Shown here piece after piece: positions 27,895-40,905 of a DNA stretch of 59,351 bases (its first letter is position 1; every line of letters starts with the position of its first letter). The notes under the pieces are model-generated. The model did no database searches, was not told where the DNA came from, and was given only the letters and a program-made list of their open reading frames with translations. The translations under genes were made by a program, and so were the position numbers. The stretch comes from Catajapyx aquilonaris (Eukaryota): the NCBI GenBank assembly GCA_000934665.2, contig KZ538606.1, positions 1 through 59,351 on the forward strand. Direction: 5' to 3'.

Positions 27895-28160
27895 ACTGTT
27901 CAGTGGGGCTTAACGTCGGCCTATTTTTGCCTCAAGGCTAAACACCGACGCCAGGGGATGGTCCTCCTCCTGGAAATTTGGCCACTCTGGGGATCTTTAA
28001 CGTGCACTCGCGCAATGTCACAAGCACACGGGACCGACGGTTTTACTTCCCCTCCGAATGAAGACGCACTCTCACTTTTCTACCACCCGGAGAAAAGTCA
28101 CCGACCTCGGCCGGGTTAGAAACCCACAACTTTGGGATAACCATGTTACTATTAACCCAG
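27895..28160 (-). mobile_element. tRNA-derived SINE with Deu/Nin/Meta-like central domain
   Basis: Minus strand: degenerate B box gggtttctaacccggcc, then gcgtcttcattcggaggggaagtaaaaccgtcggtcccgtgtgc...gtgcacgttaaagatcccc and a 3' gacgttaagcccc. This resembles conserved SINE cores and tick Ruka-type SINEs (from recall, not an alignment). Confidence 0.65.
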
Positions 28161-31100
28161 CATGCAATTCATGTCCCAACCTAATCACACCAGGTAAAGT
28201 CACACCACAGATTTCCAACACCTACACATAGCCAGAGAAACGTGTGGGGGTCCGATTAGACAAAGATCGTCTATAGGCAATCAGGTCCAAGAGGCGTGAC
28301 TTACGGGCCGGACTGGCTGTCGAAATGTCAAAGCAATTTGGGCGAACCGTGGGGACACTCGGCGGTATCCTCATAAATTTCCATTCCAATCAGGCCTCAG
28401 CTCCGAGAAGCTCCAGCAGCCTCAGCTTGCTCGTCAACACCGCCTTTCCTCAGCCGTCACCCGCAGAACCGCTCAAAACAACACCCATAAGAAGCCCCCC
28501 CCCTCCCCCNAAATCCTACCTAATTCCCAATCAGCTTCTGGACATAGTGCAAGAACTATCTTATATTGACATGGAAGTTTCTGCCAAGCATTGTCAGACT
28601 TAATTCCAAGCATGTTCACCCCCTCCACTCTCCAGACACACCCACTGCAAAACCCCCCGCACAGAGTTCCCCGCCTCGGATTGATAAGTTATTACCAGCG
28701 ACTGATTGAACGTCGACTTCCCACCAAGAAAGCAGCACCTCCACTCCATTCGGATTTAATCTGGGGGAGGTGGAGGAAAAGGAGAGAGGAGCAGGAGGGG
28801 AGATGGTTGGGAACAGTGGGGGTGGAGATAGACGAAGAGGGGGGAGAGAACTACTGGAGAATATACAATCCAGCTTCTCTCTGTGTTACTAATTCTAGCT
28901 CCAAAGGCAGCTTGACAGTACTATGCTTCTATGGGAACTATATGCTCAATGGTCTCGTGCAGTAGACACAAACTTGACCGATTTAGACAATGATTGAGCA
29001 ATGTTGTCACAACATTATTCTAGGGGCGGGGTTGTTAGTACTGACATGAGCATCTATCGCGTGACATTAGCATGTGGTAACATGCATGGAGGATAAAATA
29101 TCGAGTCAACTGCCTGTGTATAATCAGGGGGATGAGTAAGTTGGGTGCAGATAGGGTTGCTGGGAGAGTCATTATTGTAGGAAATTTGCTGGTAATTGTA
29201 TTTTGTGGCGGAGAAGCAGCAGCAGGTTCGAAGAGAGCGTCGTTTTTGGCGGAATGTGTCAGAAAAATGTTTAGAGCAAATCAGAACTTTACATAGAGCG
29301 TCAAAATGTCATTGGCCAATAATTTTTGTTACATAGCGTACATTTTGGGTAGCCATTTCAGCCTATATGATGCATTAGCTAAGAAACTGGATTACTGGTC
29401 CTATATTATTTGTAAAATGGCGACATGTTTGTCGAAGGGTGGTGATGTTGACACCTTGTACTTTTACCAATAAAAATCAAGCAGGTGAGGGACATTTAAT
29501 CAATTAGTGCCCATTCAGAGAACTTTAGTCATCTACATTCCTATTTTAATAGGCGAATACCATTATCAATCAATACGGCATCAGGTATAATGGCTGCAAT
29601 TAAACATATTCAATAGAGTCAGTCGCTAGAGAAAATGATTATCATTAAATTAATGTAACTGTCGTATATATCCACTGAGGCAACGCAGTTCTCGGTGTAG
29701 TAATACACATTGTGATTGCACGGGCGTACTATCAGACAACAACTGATCAGAGTACGAATGAAGTTGGTTATTATGCGATATACACTAGTGCACCAAAGTC
29801 CTGCCTCACCAGGTAAAGGCAAACCACTGCATCACGATTAGACAATATTCAAAGCAAAACTTCAAATTGAAAGTGGATGAAATGCGAATATAGCCGTGGC
29901 ACTTTTGAATACGACGAAACGAGCAAATCTCACCGTCGTCTTTTCTTTTCCCCCCTACCCCCAACTGGCAGGCACCTTCCTTACTGCCATACTTGCTGAG
30001 AATTTACTCCCTCTCTGTCTTGGCCTACTAAAAGGAGGCCCTCAAAGAGACGCTGAGGATTTCTTCGCTCCCATTTCCGCCTAATGATCAGATTACTGGT
30101 GCACAACGGCACTTGGAGAAGTGGGAGGGGCAAAGGCAGGCAGGCAGTCTGGGGCATAATCACTCCCTACTTTGAATTGCCCTCCTTGTGATTTAGCCAG
30201 CAGAGGTGATCAATGGGAGCCTGATATATAGGCTCCTTGGAAGCACCGCGAGGAGAAGAAAGAAAGAGGTCCCATTTCCGGCCGCCATGACAGTTGCGTC
30301 TGGCATGGCCTCGTCCCCGTATTGGGTAGTGATTATTTCTGACAAGGGCTGATGAGATAATGAGCGGTGCTGACAGGGGGAATTAAGAGACACAAAGGCA
30401 CAGCCCCCAACCAGGCTTCTCCTTGGTGGCAGTTTCACAGTTTGAGACTCAGTTCCTCTACATGTGTGTGTGTGTGTGGGTGTGTATGCATGTACCACAC
30501 CTGTGCTGGTAGGGGCTGCAGGTAGATAAACACTTGACCGGCGGAAAGTGAGGGGCGTTTCCCGCAGTTGGGGCTCTGCAGGAAGTCTATTGATACCTGT
30601 CCCACTTGACAAGTCAGCTTCTGACAGCTCTTCTGCCGGCGCTAATTGCCCGCGCTTCCAGAGTGCTGTATGGATGATGGCTGCCGAATAATCGTCGAGT
30701 TCACGCCCTAGCTTGCGCTTGCCTTGCTTTTCATCATCGCTTGCCACCTTTTTTTTTTCAAGTCCACCTACCCACCCACTTCTAAGCATCGTCACCTATC
30801 TATTAGCTCCGTCCCTGTTCTGCACGCCAGCAGACGTGGGAATCTTTTTATGGCATTGAACATGGCATACACTAATTATCTAGGAGAAATCTGCGAGCTT
30901 ATTTTGAGGTTGGATAAGGGATAATTAGGTGGGCGATATGTGAGGAGGCTTCTGTGGGATGGAATATGCTGTATAACGGAGAGACCTCCGGAGCTCAGGG
31001 TTATTGTTTGGTTATGTGCTTGGTTAAGCAAACAGCTTCTTTGCAAAAGTGGATTAAGAGGAACACGAGAGGGCTGGGGAGAAAAAACTAAACAAAATAA

Positions 31101-33960
31101 CATGGCTAGTGGTTTGGGTCAATATTGGTGTTCGTGAGCTTCTTTGGATCCTGCTTATTTGAGGGATACTTATTAAAGGAATTAGAGAAGGCCAAAACTT
31201 GTATAGGTGACAACAACTTCATTTATCTATTGTGCATATTGCTTCGTTAGATGGGATTGCGAAATTCATGAATTCGTGTACTACATACTCAGCAGAATAT
31301 GAAATGCCAGCTCGTGTGTATAAAACCAGAAATCCTTTATTTAGTCAGTTAAAAAAACGAATGGAGGGGACGTTTCTAGGGAGGAAAAAGCCAACCTGTC
31401 TAATTAGAACCCTTTTCAGCGCGTGCAACTTTTTGGGGGGCATTAAAAAGCAGGGGTGTATAATACGCAGCAAGAAGCGTGATGATGCTTGAGATTCTGC
31501 TGGTGAGGTTCAAAGAGTAGGGAAAAGTTGCTTTTGGAGAGGCTAATTTTTTGAACCTTGCCACTCGATCACTTGCGTGGAAATTTTCTATCCCCCAGCA
31601 CCACTTTTGCATGGCTTTTACTTCTGCTGGATGATTTACCCTGTGTTGCCGACTGCTTTCCACCAAGTGGATCTCTTGGGGAGTTGGGGAGGTGTACGTT
31701 AATTAATCATTCGAGGTGGTATTGCGCATGGTACAAAAATTGATTCGGCAAGGACGAAAATTGTGCCATGTCCTCTAAATGCAGTTTTTCAAATGGAAAT
31801 TAAAAATAAATTTGCGATTTATGCACATAACCTTGCGTGTATAATATGATGCAAACTTTTGGGGTAACTATATAGTTTCTACTAAGCATTATATATTGGT
31901 TTCATAATGACGCACATGTTGTAATATGTAAATTTAACACATAAAATTTCCCGTCCATTGGATTTTGCACTTTTAAATAAAAACTAAACAACACACGACA
32001 GCTTAAAAGCACAGCATCACGATGATTCACGAATTGTAATCAATTAGGATTCTGAGGCATCGATATGCACACAACTTGGGTCAAGTGAAATAGTGCGTTG
32101 AAGAAGGGGTTTGGTAGAGCGTGTTGGGGAGCAGTAATTCCTTTGTTCGCATCCGCTGATCTGCACTAGCGCGAGAGCACCAGCAAGCTTTATGCAGCCA
32201 TAAATCCAGCGGACCCATTTTGCGCACCGAGTGGCATCATTTGTCTTCATAACGCCTCATTATGGCGTCCCACCCTCAATGCTCCATGGCGACTGTAAAC
32301 AAGATTTGTATTAATCGGGCCCTATTTGCCCAACCGGCCCACTCTGCGGAACGACGACCTAACCAGCATTGCCAAATCACTGCCAACATCAAACGACAAA
32401 AGGAACATCCAAACTGCCTTTTTAAAAAAAATCCAAAAATATTTATAAAAATTCAAAAAATGGCTCGGTATATGTACGAGTATATAATTTTATGGATACA
32501 TATGACGTGTTTCAGTATGGTATATGTAAAAAGCAGAGCATGTGGCATCCATGGCCACCCCTCCCCTCTTCTTCCTGTTCCTCCTTCCTTCCCCTTGTTT
32601 CCACGTCGGCTCGTCGATTCCCGTCAATGAGCTGACGACGCTCGTTGGCTCCACTTTTGGGTCGGCCCGGGGATGTAAATTCAATTAACACAAATGACCG
32701 CAGAGAGTGTCACAAGGAGTTGGCTTTGAAATCAATATAGTTTCCCTCCGCGCTTTCAGAACAGCGGCTCTCTCGCCGCCCTTTGCGCTCAGGGATGTCC
32801 GAAGAATTCCAGGCTCATTCGACGCTAACTCACCACCACTGCTCATTCACATTGGTCAACGACTCAATGCCAAATAATAATAATGAAAAAAAGAAAAACT
32901 CGGACCAGGCTAGAAGGGGTTTAAAAAGTCATCAAAGCCATAATGAATGTGGGAGCTCTAATTGGGCGGTAATTAGAGGCACCATTAGCTGGGTGCCTTT
33001 GCACTGCTACTTAAATAACACATTAATTAATAACTAATGACTTGTGGAAATATATGCCTAGTGTGAATATAAGGGACCATGCAGGGCTGCAGCTGAAAAA
33101 CTGTGTAGGTCCTATATGCATGTATGGTTACACGAGAGCGTATTGTGGCTACCTCTTATTACGTTAATTGTCGGGGTATTGATCATTGTGTATTCTAGTA
33201 ATAATTTTGAGTCTACGAGTGAGCCTTACGAGGTATTCATACAGAAATGCAACAGAATGTATGCACAGTCGAAGTCAATCCTTCATACTTCATAGTCACG
33301 TTGTATACAAACCTGGAATTTTGGTTGTCAATAATATATATATACAGTATTACAATTTATTCTGTACTAAATAAATGCAACATTATGCGCTAGTTTTGAA
33401 AATTTTCTTTTTCAAAATATCTTGCAAAAAAAATCATGTTAGTTAACTTTGCTGTCCGTTGCCATGAATGTTTAAGTAGCAGTGCGGGGATTGTGCAGAT
33501 GTGACTAAAGTGTAGATATCACTCATGCAATTTTCTGATAAATGTTATGAAATAAACTGTGGCCTTGTACAAAGATGGAAAAATACAGTCATGTGTTACT
33601 CCCTCGTATCACTAAGAATGCACTTGCAAGTTGCAATGACAATAGTATACGTCTTTCCAGCTTTTTATTATTATATTTGCATATCGATCCACATTCAGGG
33701 TGTTTTATAATTATACAGACTTTCTAGAGTGTGCTGATGGGCACCAGAGTATCGCTTTATGAATATGTATTATGATTTTCGTCTCCGCATAGTCATTGCT
33801 GAGATCAGTAATTAACATTCAGTGTAGAATGCATTAGCCATCTCCTACGTCGTGGATACAGCCTAAGACACTGCCATCATCTCGGCTAATTCCACCATAT
33901 CAGATCGCAATTTGAATTAAAATTGAATGTTAATATCACTGTAATTCATGTGCTGATTCC

Positions 33961-34146
33961 GGAGGTGGTATTTTGTGATCAACAAATACCGTCTACACTC
34001 TACAGTACAGAGTATACTGACTTATAGACAGCCCATCGTTCAGATGTACTGACCTGAAAATGGTACATCACGATGTACCGACGTCAAATACCGTCTACAA
34101 GTCAGTACTCGTAGACGGTACTTGTTGATCACAATATACCACTTCC
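33961..34146. mobile_element. MITE with ~36 bp TIRs
   Basis: ggaggtggtattttgtgatcaacaaataccgtctac pairs with gtagacggtacttgttgatcacaatataccacttcc; a third copy of aaataccgtctaca lies internally at ~34086. Confidence 0.75.
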
Positions 34147-37100
34147 AAGTCGGTACATGAATGGTAGGCTACATGGATTTTAAATAGCTTCCTTCCATCT
34201 CCCAAAAGATACTGTCAATGTGACTCCCTGTTGATTGTGATGACAAGCCTTTGGACCTCATGGTAACAGCCTGCGACTGTCCGTTTGTGAGGCGACCATA
34301 ACTAATCTTGGTCTTTCAGAAGCGATTAGAGATGGGCATCGAGGCAACAACCGCCTGAAGGGGGTGTAGCCTTGGTGCCCATAGGATTTACCATGAAAAA
34401 CTTCGATGGAAGTAGTCGAAGCCTGTACTACTCGTCTGCGACAATAATATTGTGTTGAGAAAAAGCAATAATGCTGGAATTAGCAATGATTGAAGTGGCC
34501 GTCGCTGTGATAGCAATTATGACACTACTTTATTATATAAGTGTTTTTTTATTATGAACATATACCCAAAGAATTGTACTTCAATCAGTTAAAATCAAGC
34601 TGGAGAAATGCGCATACTTCTGCCATAAGTGACCGAAAAGGACACTGAATGAATTTCACAGGTGTGACATTCAAACCCTTTTTCCCTAAACTCTGTTCTC
34701 ATGTGGGTTGACTCATTATTGCACAACACCGTCCATTTGAGGTAAAAACTGGGAGAGTGTGTGGAGGGATGCAAATCTGCCAGGATATTTTTATGCCTTG
34801 TGGTATAAAACCCATTATCTCGGTAAGATAAGATGGCTGCGGTGACCAAATGACATTCCACAAAGAGTGATCTTCTGGTGCTAGAATTTAATTCTAGAAG
34901 TAGCCTATATGTGTGAATCATTATGAAACAACCTGTATAGACATCCGCTACTTCACATATTCATTGCTGGATATCACAATGAAAATAACATCCCGTCGTA
35001 AACTATATGACTAATCATTATGGATATTTCTGTGATCTCGTTAATAAATCATCAGTGCTCTCTGTGGAGTATTTTCTTTGCAATTACGTAAGAACGAGTA
35101 ACTTAGAGCATAAAATTTGTACGCTGTTAATTCAACAGACGATTGTCATGATTGCGATATAGTGTCACGTAAATCTCAGCTCTGCATATTTGCGCAGTCT
35201 ACTAAAGTCGCACAAGTCGTGGCCTAATATCTAATCAAGTTACCATAAATTTGCAACTTTTCTCCTGCACTGCCTCGGGTGAGCCTGCAGACGCAATCTT
35301 TCATCATAAACTTAATCTGAAACTATATCCCACCACAACTTGACACTTACATTACTTTCTCCCAGAACCAGTACTCAAACTACAAAATATTGGCTGACTT
35401 CAAACAGCTAATATATGTACCGCAGTGGCCTGAATGCGTCGAATCGATACACCACAGTGAGAATGGTATTGTCGGCCATTTTGTCTATTGACGTTTACTC
35501 CACAACAACGTCATACCTTCCGAATAATTAACATATCCCAAATAAGTCCAAAATAAATTGCCAACTAGGTTTTGGGCATCCCTGGTCTCATGTAGTGAGG
35601 CTGGGCCAATTGGGCTCCTTTTCTGGCTGCATGAGTAAGAGTCCTCCCCTGTTTCCCTCCCTTCCCTCCCTGATTCTCCCCCTTTTCCCACTCCCATCCC
35701 ACCCCCATTTACTGGCGCCCGCACGAGAAAGAGGGCCAAGTTGCAGCAGCAAGGCAAGTAAGGCGAGTTCGCTTTGAATAAGCCCATTGTTCCGTCAGAA
35801 GGATTTGGACCCGGACTTAATTAACAAATTAAATTAGAAATTAAGTCATTCCACAGCTCGCAGCCCACGGCTAATGCGGATGTAGGCAAAGTTGACTCAA
35901 GTTGCCCGTCTGTTCCAATACGAATAAGCGCGGCAGGGGGTTGACTGTAGAGAGGAGGGGGGGGAGGGGGGAAGGCGGGGGTGGGTTAGAGGCGGGGAGA
36001 TTGTATTCGAAGTTTCCACCTTATAACCCACTGCGCTTGACACTAACGCATTGCGACAGCACCCGTAGACTTACACACCATTTCCAACCATTCTTTTCAT
36101 TTCGTGTGCCAAATTGAAATTATTGTCGCAGAACTGTTCCGAGATTGCTTGAATATAATATATTATGTATTTCGAAGGCCGTACGCAGCATGGGATAGAA
36201 ACCTTGTCCTTATCAATGCGAGCCGTTCGTTTTCAGTTCCCATGATTGCTTCGTTAGGGGGCTGACTTATTAACTGCGTCTCATTTCGTCACAAGGTGAG
36301 CCCAAGTATTAACTCGCCCTGTTTGCTAATTGCTTCTGATGACACCAGATTTCCTCTGACTAATCCGGGCAGGAATTGCACATTAAGGAGGTGCCCCAAA
36401 ATGGAAACAGTGAATCATATTTGTGGGTCTGCAAGTACTAATGTACCAAATCTTGTTCATGGCGGCACTGTCTTGTGCCATGCCCTCCAGCGGGAAAGGC
36501 TTCCAATGGGGAAGACGGACTAAGCCGCTCTCCAGAAGAACCAATGGCCAGGGCTTATCAAGAGGCTGCAATTAGATTTCCATAATGGGCCCGAAGTTCC
36601 AATACGAGGACGTGATGGATTCGGCTTCGGATGAGAGCTGACGCAGGCCCAGGAAAAGCCTCTTCTCCTCCCCTGCTAGTACTTCCCCCAGCTATACATC
36701 CGGATATTTACTTGCTTCCCTTTCCCATCAAACACATGTGTAGGATACTTCCAGGAGGACAGGAAAATGCTGCTGTGCACACTGGACTGGTGTGGAACTG
36801 ATTAGGAACTAACTTATTAGGTTTGATGGAGATCGGAGAGGATTACTGAGGGAGGATTTCAATAGGGACTGGGAAACTATAGTCAGGTCTGGAGAATAAC
36901 TTGTCGGCGAAGGCTGAGGGTACAGATTTGACTATACAGAGTGGTACTGTACATATACGTATGTCGTCATATGTTTTGTTTACACTATGCAAGTCCATGG
37001 CAGCATCTTTATTTCAATAACACTTAAAGCTAACTTCTCAGATACTTCAATAATTCTTATAAACATTGCACATTGATTTCATAATGAATCCATCATGAAG

Positions 37101-38806
37101 GTATAAAGCAGCGGCCCTCAATACTGCAATACGTGCTCTCATGCGGTAACTAATTGTAATTCTTTTGTCTGCGTAGCCTTCTTTGAGCAGATATAGAATA
37201 TGGATAAGATATGCGCAACTATTTTTAAAAAAATACCCTTCGTATACTGTATAGTTCACAACGCTGCCATCCGGAGACGATGCTCATAACACTTTGAAGT
37301 TTTAAACTTCTTCGATCTTTCAAAATTAAAGTAGCGAGTTATTCATTACTGCTCAGGAATACATAGGCCTACTACATGTTTAAAAAGTAGAATAGTAAGT
37401 AAGTATATTCTACAAATGACTGCATTAGTAATATCAATTAATTACGTTAAAGCATATGCATTTGACACAAAATCGATTTGTCATTATCATTATTCTAATA
37501 ACTTACATTTTCATGACACGATGTGAGTATTACTTTACGCTATGAAATATTTTGATGCGAAGTATAGCACTAGGTCATTCTAAAACTGTCTTCATCCATG
37601 CGAGTAACTTTCAGGTAATAAAAAATACACCTGCCTATCTTTTATTCGCGAAAGAATTTTATTCGTGAAAGAACGTGTCTTGCGACAGTCCTTCGGCATA
37701 AAATAATGATCAATTTTTGGGAAGTTACGCAATTTTCAAAGACAAATATGAGCAATTCAGCTCATTTTAAAATTCACATTTTATAATAGAGTTAGCATTG
37801 GTTTTGGTATCAAAACTTCAATAATAAACTTAAAATACGAATGTCATGATTTCAATGGGAACTGATGCAATTATTTGAATGACTAATAAAAATACTTTGT
37901 TATAATCGAGGGACAATATACCGGTATTGTATGTGCACTACTTTTCCCGAATTTTAGTAGAAATTAATTACATCTTTGACTGTACAGTAACTTACTCAGG
38001 TCTAAACGAACTGTAATTGCCTCAGCCGTACAGTACAGCGTACAGTCGAATTGATTGAAAACCTGAGAATTAGCATTCCTACTCCGGTGCCCTCAATACA
38101 GTATACCATTCATCTACTTGTACACACAGGTACATTTTGGCACCGGTACACAGCGTCTTGACAATACCGTTGAGACAGCCTTATGGCATATTCTGCAACC
38201 TACCCTGAGCTGTTCTTAATTTCCGAGACGGCTTTGCAAACAAGCAAAGCAGCAGGCAAGGGGAAAGCCTATGTCTGCCACTCCGACGACATCCAAATCA
38301 ATGGGCCGCGAGTCAGACTCCATTACAAAGTGCTCCATGCTTCTAATTAGGCAATTACCTCATCTTGAAGGAACGTAATTGCTCGGCGAAAACAACAGTC
38401 TCTTCTAATTACCTGCTCCTCCCTTTTCCTCCCAGATATTGTCTCAAACATGGTCTTCGGGCGAGGAAGAAGTGACGAGCGAGGGCCCAGCTGCTTCACA
38501 CAAAAGCCCTCTTCCCTTTATACTCCATCCGTTATATACCGCCGCTGCTGCACTCTCTCCTAACAGACCATTCTGTATTACGCTCGCGGTTTCTGCCTTG
38601 CGACTTCTTTCCCCGATTCATACTTTTACAGATATATCTAAGTGTTCAGATCACCTTTTTTCATTATTTGGTTAACTGCTTTTTAACTGCCATTGATCCA
38701 ATAAGTTGGAAATTGCGTCATTTTATTTTATGCAAATGTTATGATTTGATATTGTACGTTTTAAATATTAATGTGGTTGTATCTACATTACTGTGGACCA
38801 CTTTCC

Positions 38807-38829
38807 AACAACAACAACAACAACAACAA
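38807..38829. repeat. (CAA)n microsatellite
   Basis: caacaacaacaacaacaacaacaa. Confidence 0.9.
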
Positions 38830-39493
38830 AAGCCAACGGTTATACAAGTACTGTATATACAAAGTACAGCTGCCCTCAACTGGTTCATCCTAGCCATTAT
38901 GCAACATATGCGCTTCAATTGATACACAAGTTGCGTTCTTGTCAGGCGCAGATGTACCACATATTAGGTAAATAAACAAGCCCACAAACAGTTAATACAG
39001 TTCATTTGTGTCATTTTCCTAGCCCATTTGAGCAACACCTTATTGATATAATCCATGTAAGGAAAAAAATATATAGTGTATCAGCGACCATGGAGGGCAC
39101 AAAAAAACAGTGCGTGAGAAAAGGGCCAGTGTGGAGTTTCGGGGGAGAAACATAATCCGGGGCAGAACGTGCTGAGCAAGCGGGTTGTGCCCGAGGCAGG
39201 CCAAGGGACATCGGCTAATGATTCCCATTAGTAGATGGATAGGATTGGATGGACACGTGCAGAGAACCCCGAAGGCCCCGCCAATTAGCCTTCCGTTACC
39301 GCGACACCTGCTGAGACAACCCTCCAACTAGTCACACAGATCACCTACCCCGCGCTTTCCTGCCCTTTGTACCCACACGTGACTTACGAATACGGTCACC
39401 CACTCCCAGCCACCTTTCTCACGCTAAACAGCACGTACACCACCGCAAACAGATCGGATGGAAACCCTATTTTTGCTGTGCTTCCACTTTATT

Positions 39494-39835
39494 ATGTATG
39501 TATGGGTGTATGTATGTATGTATGGGTGTATGTATGTTGACTAGCTCTGGGGACATTCTCCAAATTGTTGGGACATTTGGCGCCCCCACAGCAAAAACGC
39601 CTGGTGGGGTACTGCTTCAGTGAGGACATGTCCCCACAATTCCGTTATGTAGGGTTTTACAAAAGTCCATTTTTCTCAGCCTAGGTTAGGTAGGTTAGGT
39701 TAGGTTAGGTTAGGTTAGGTTAGGTTAGGTTAGATCAGTTTACACTCGCTTCGAACATGTGTTGTCCTTGTCCCCACAGCCTATGGGGCGCAAGACATTT
39801 GGTATGTGTGTATGTATGTACTGTATGTATGTATA
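39494..39835. repeat. Composite element: (TATG)n flanks around a body with about ten (T)TAGG units at 39682-39733
   Basis: Repeats are directly visible. The body has recurring gggaca/tgtcccca motifs and a ggcgcccc/ggggcgc inverted pair. Confidence 0.75.
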
Positions 39836-40769
39836 TTTTTGAGAGATATGGTTTAATTAGTATGACGTGTAACAATATGTCCAGAGGCGATTGTTATGCA
39901 CCGTATCATCCTAATCTACCTACCACACCAACATACCATGAAACACTCATTAAATTAGGAGCTAAGCTCAGAATGGACTACGAACTAGTCTGGCCCACAC
40001 AAAAGAAAGCTCCTGCCTAATTGTTACACCCATGGCATAAAAGAATAAGGCGCATAATCCAGGATTGCATGCGATACGTAGCCGGCAAGAGGGTGACGGT
40101 TATTAGGAGCGAATATAGTTTTGGGCAAAAGGGGGGAGCGCGATCGAGTGCGGACGGACAGTGTATGTCCTCCAGGCAGAAACATCAGATCGGCAGCTAT
40201 AGAGACCTGGCTTCGGTCCTAACGAGCTGCTTCACGCGCCTTCCTATCATTATTCTCACGCACGCCCCTCGCAGCCCTCCAGCCACTTATCCACCAACAC
40301 GCTCCTTCCTCTGCATATGCACCCTGCATCGGTGCACTTTCATTCGCCTTGTTTGCTCATCACTTCAGCTCCTCTCTCTCTCTCTGCTTCATGTCCACCA
40401 GCTAGCTCTCACTTTTATATTTGTTCGGGGGGGAAATGGTTACACTAGCACTGTGCCCTCAATACATGCGTACGGCAGCAACTTCATGTGTAGAAGTGGG
40501 AGCTAAAAGTGACCCCTAATTACCCATGGGTGGTGCAGACATTGGGAACATCATTTATCTGAAGTGAAACTGCCAGTGTAATATTTAAGTGGTAAGGAGC
40601 CGTTTAATGAGGGGGATGCGAAATGTAAGTTGATATCCTAAGAGGAAAGGGACACAAATGAACTAGATATCAAATTTAGATATTCAATGAAATATGTGTG
40701 TGTGTGGATGTGTGGTTTCAGCTTATATTCTTTTAAAGTCTAAATAAAAGACAGCGACATACAGTCCTT

Positions 40770-40905
40770 GAAACCAACGAAAGATCTGACGTCACACCAG
40801 CCGTGTTTTCTGAGCATGCGCAGTAGTAAGCTTGCAGAATGATTCGGGGACATGATAGAGGCAAGAGGCGGGTGGAGGCGGTGCTGAACGTGACGTCAGA
40901 TCGTT
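40770..40905. mobile_element. Degenerate relative of MITE family B
   Basis: aaaccaacgaaagatctgacgtcac (to 40795) and gtgacgtcagatc (40890-40902) mirror each other and resemble the arms of 1452-1598. Confidence 0.5.

Noticed and set aside
30193..30795. 200 aa minus-strand ORF
   Set aside because: No recognisable motifs, crosses a (TG)n repeat, and lies antisense within the Vsx intron.
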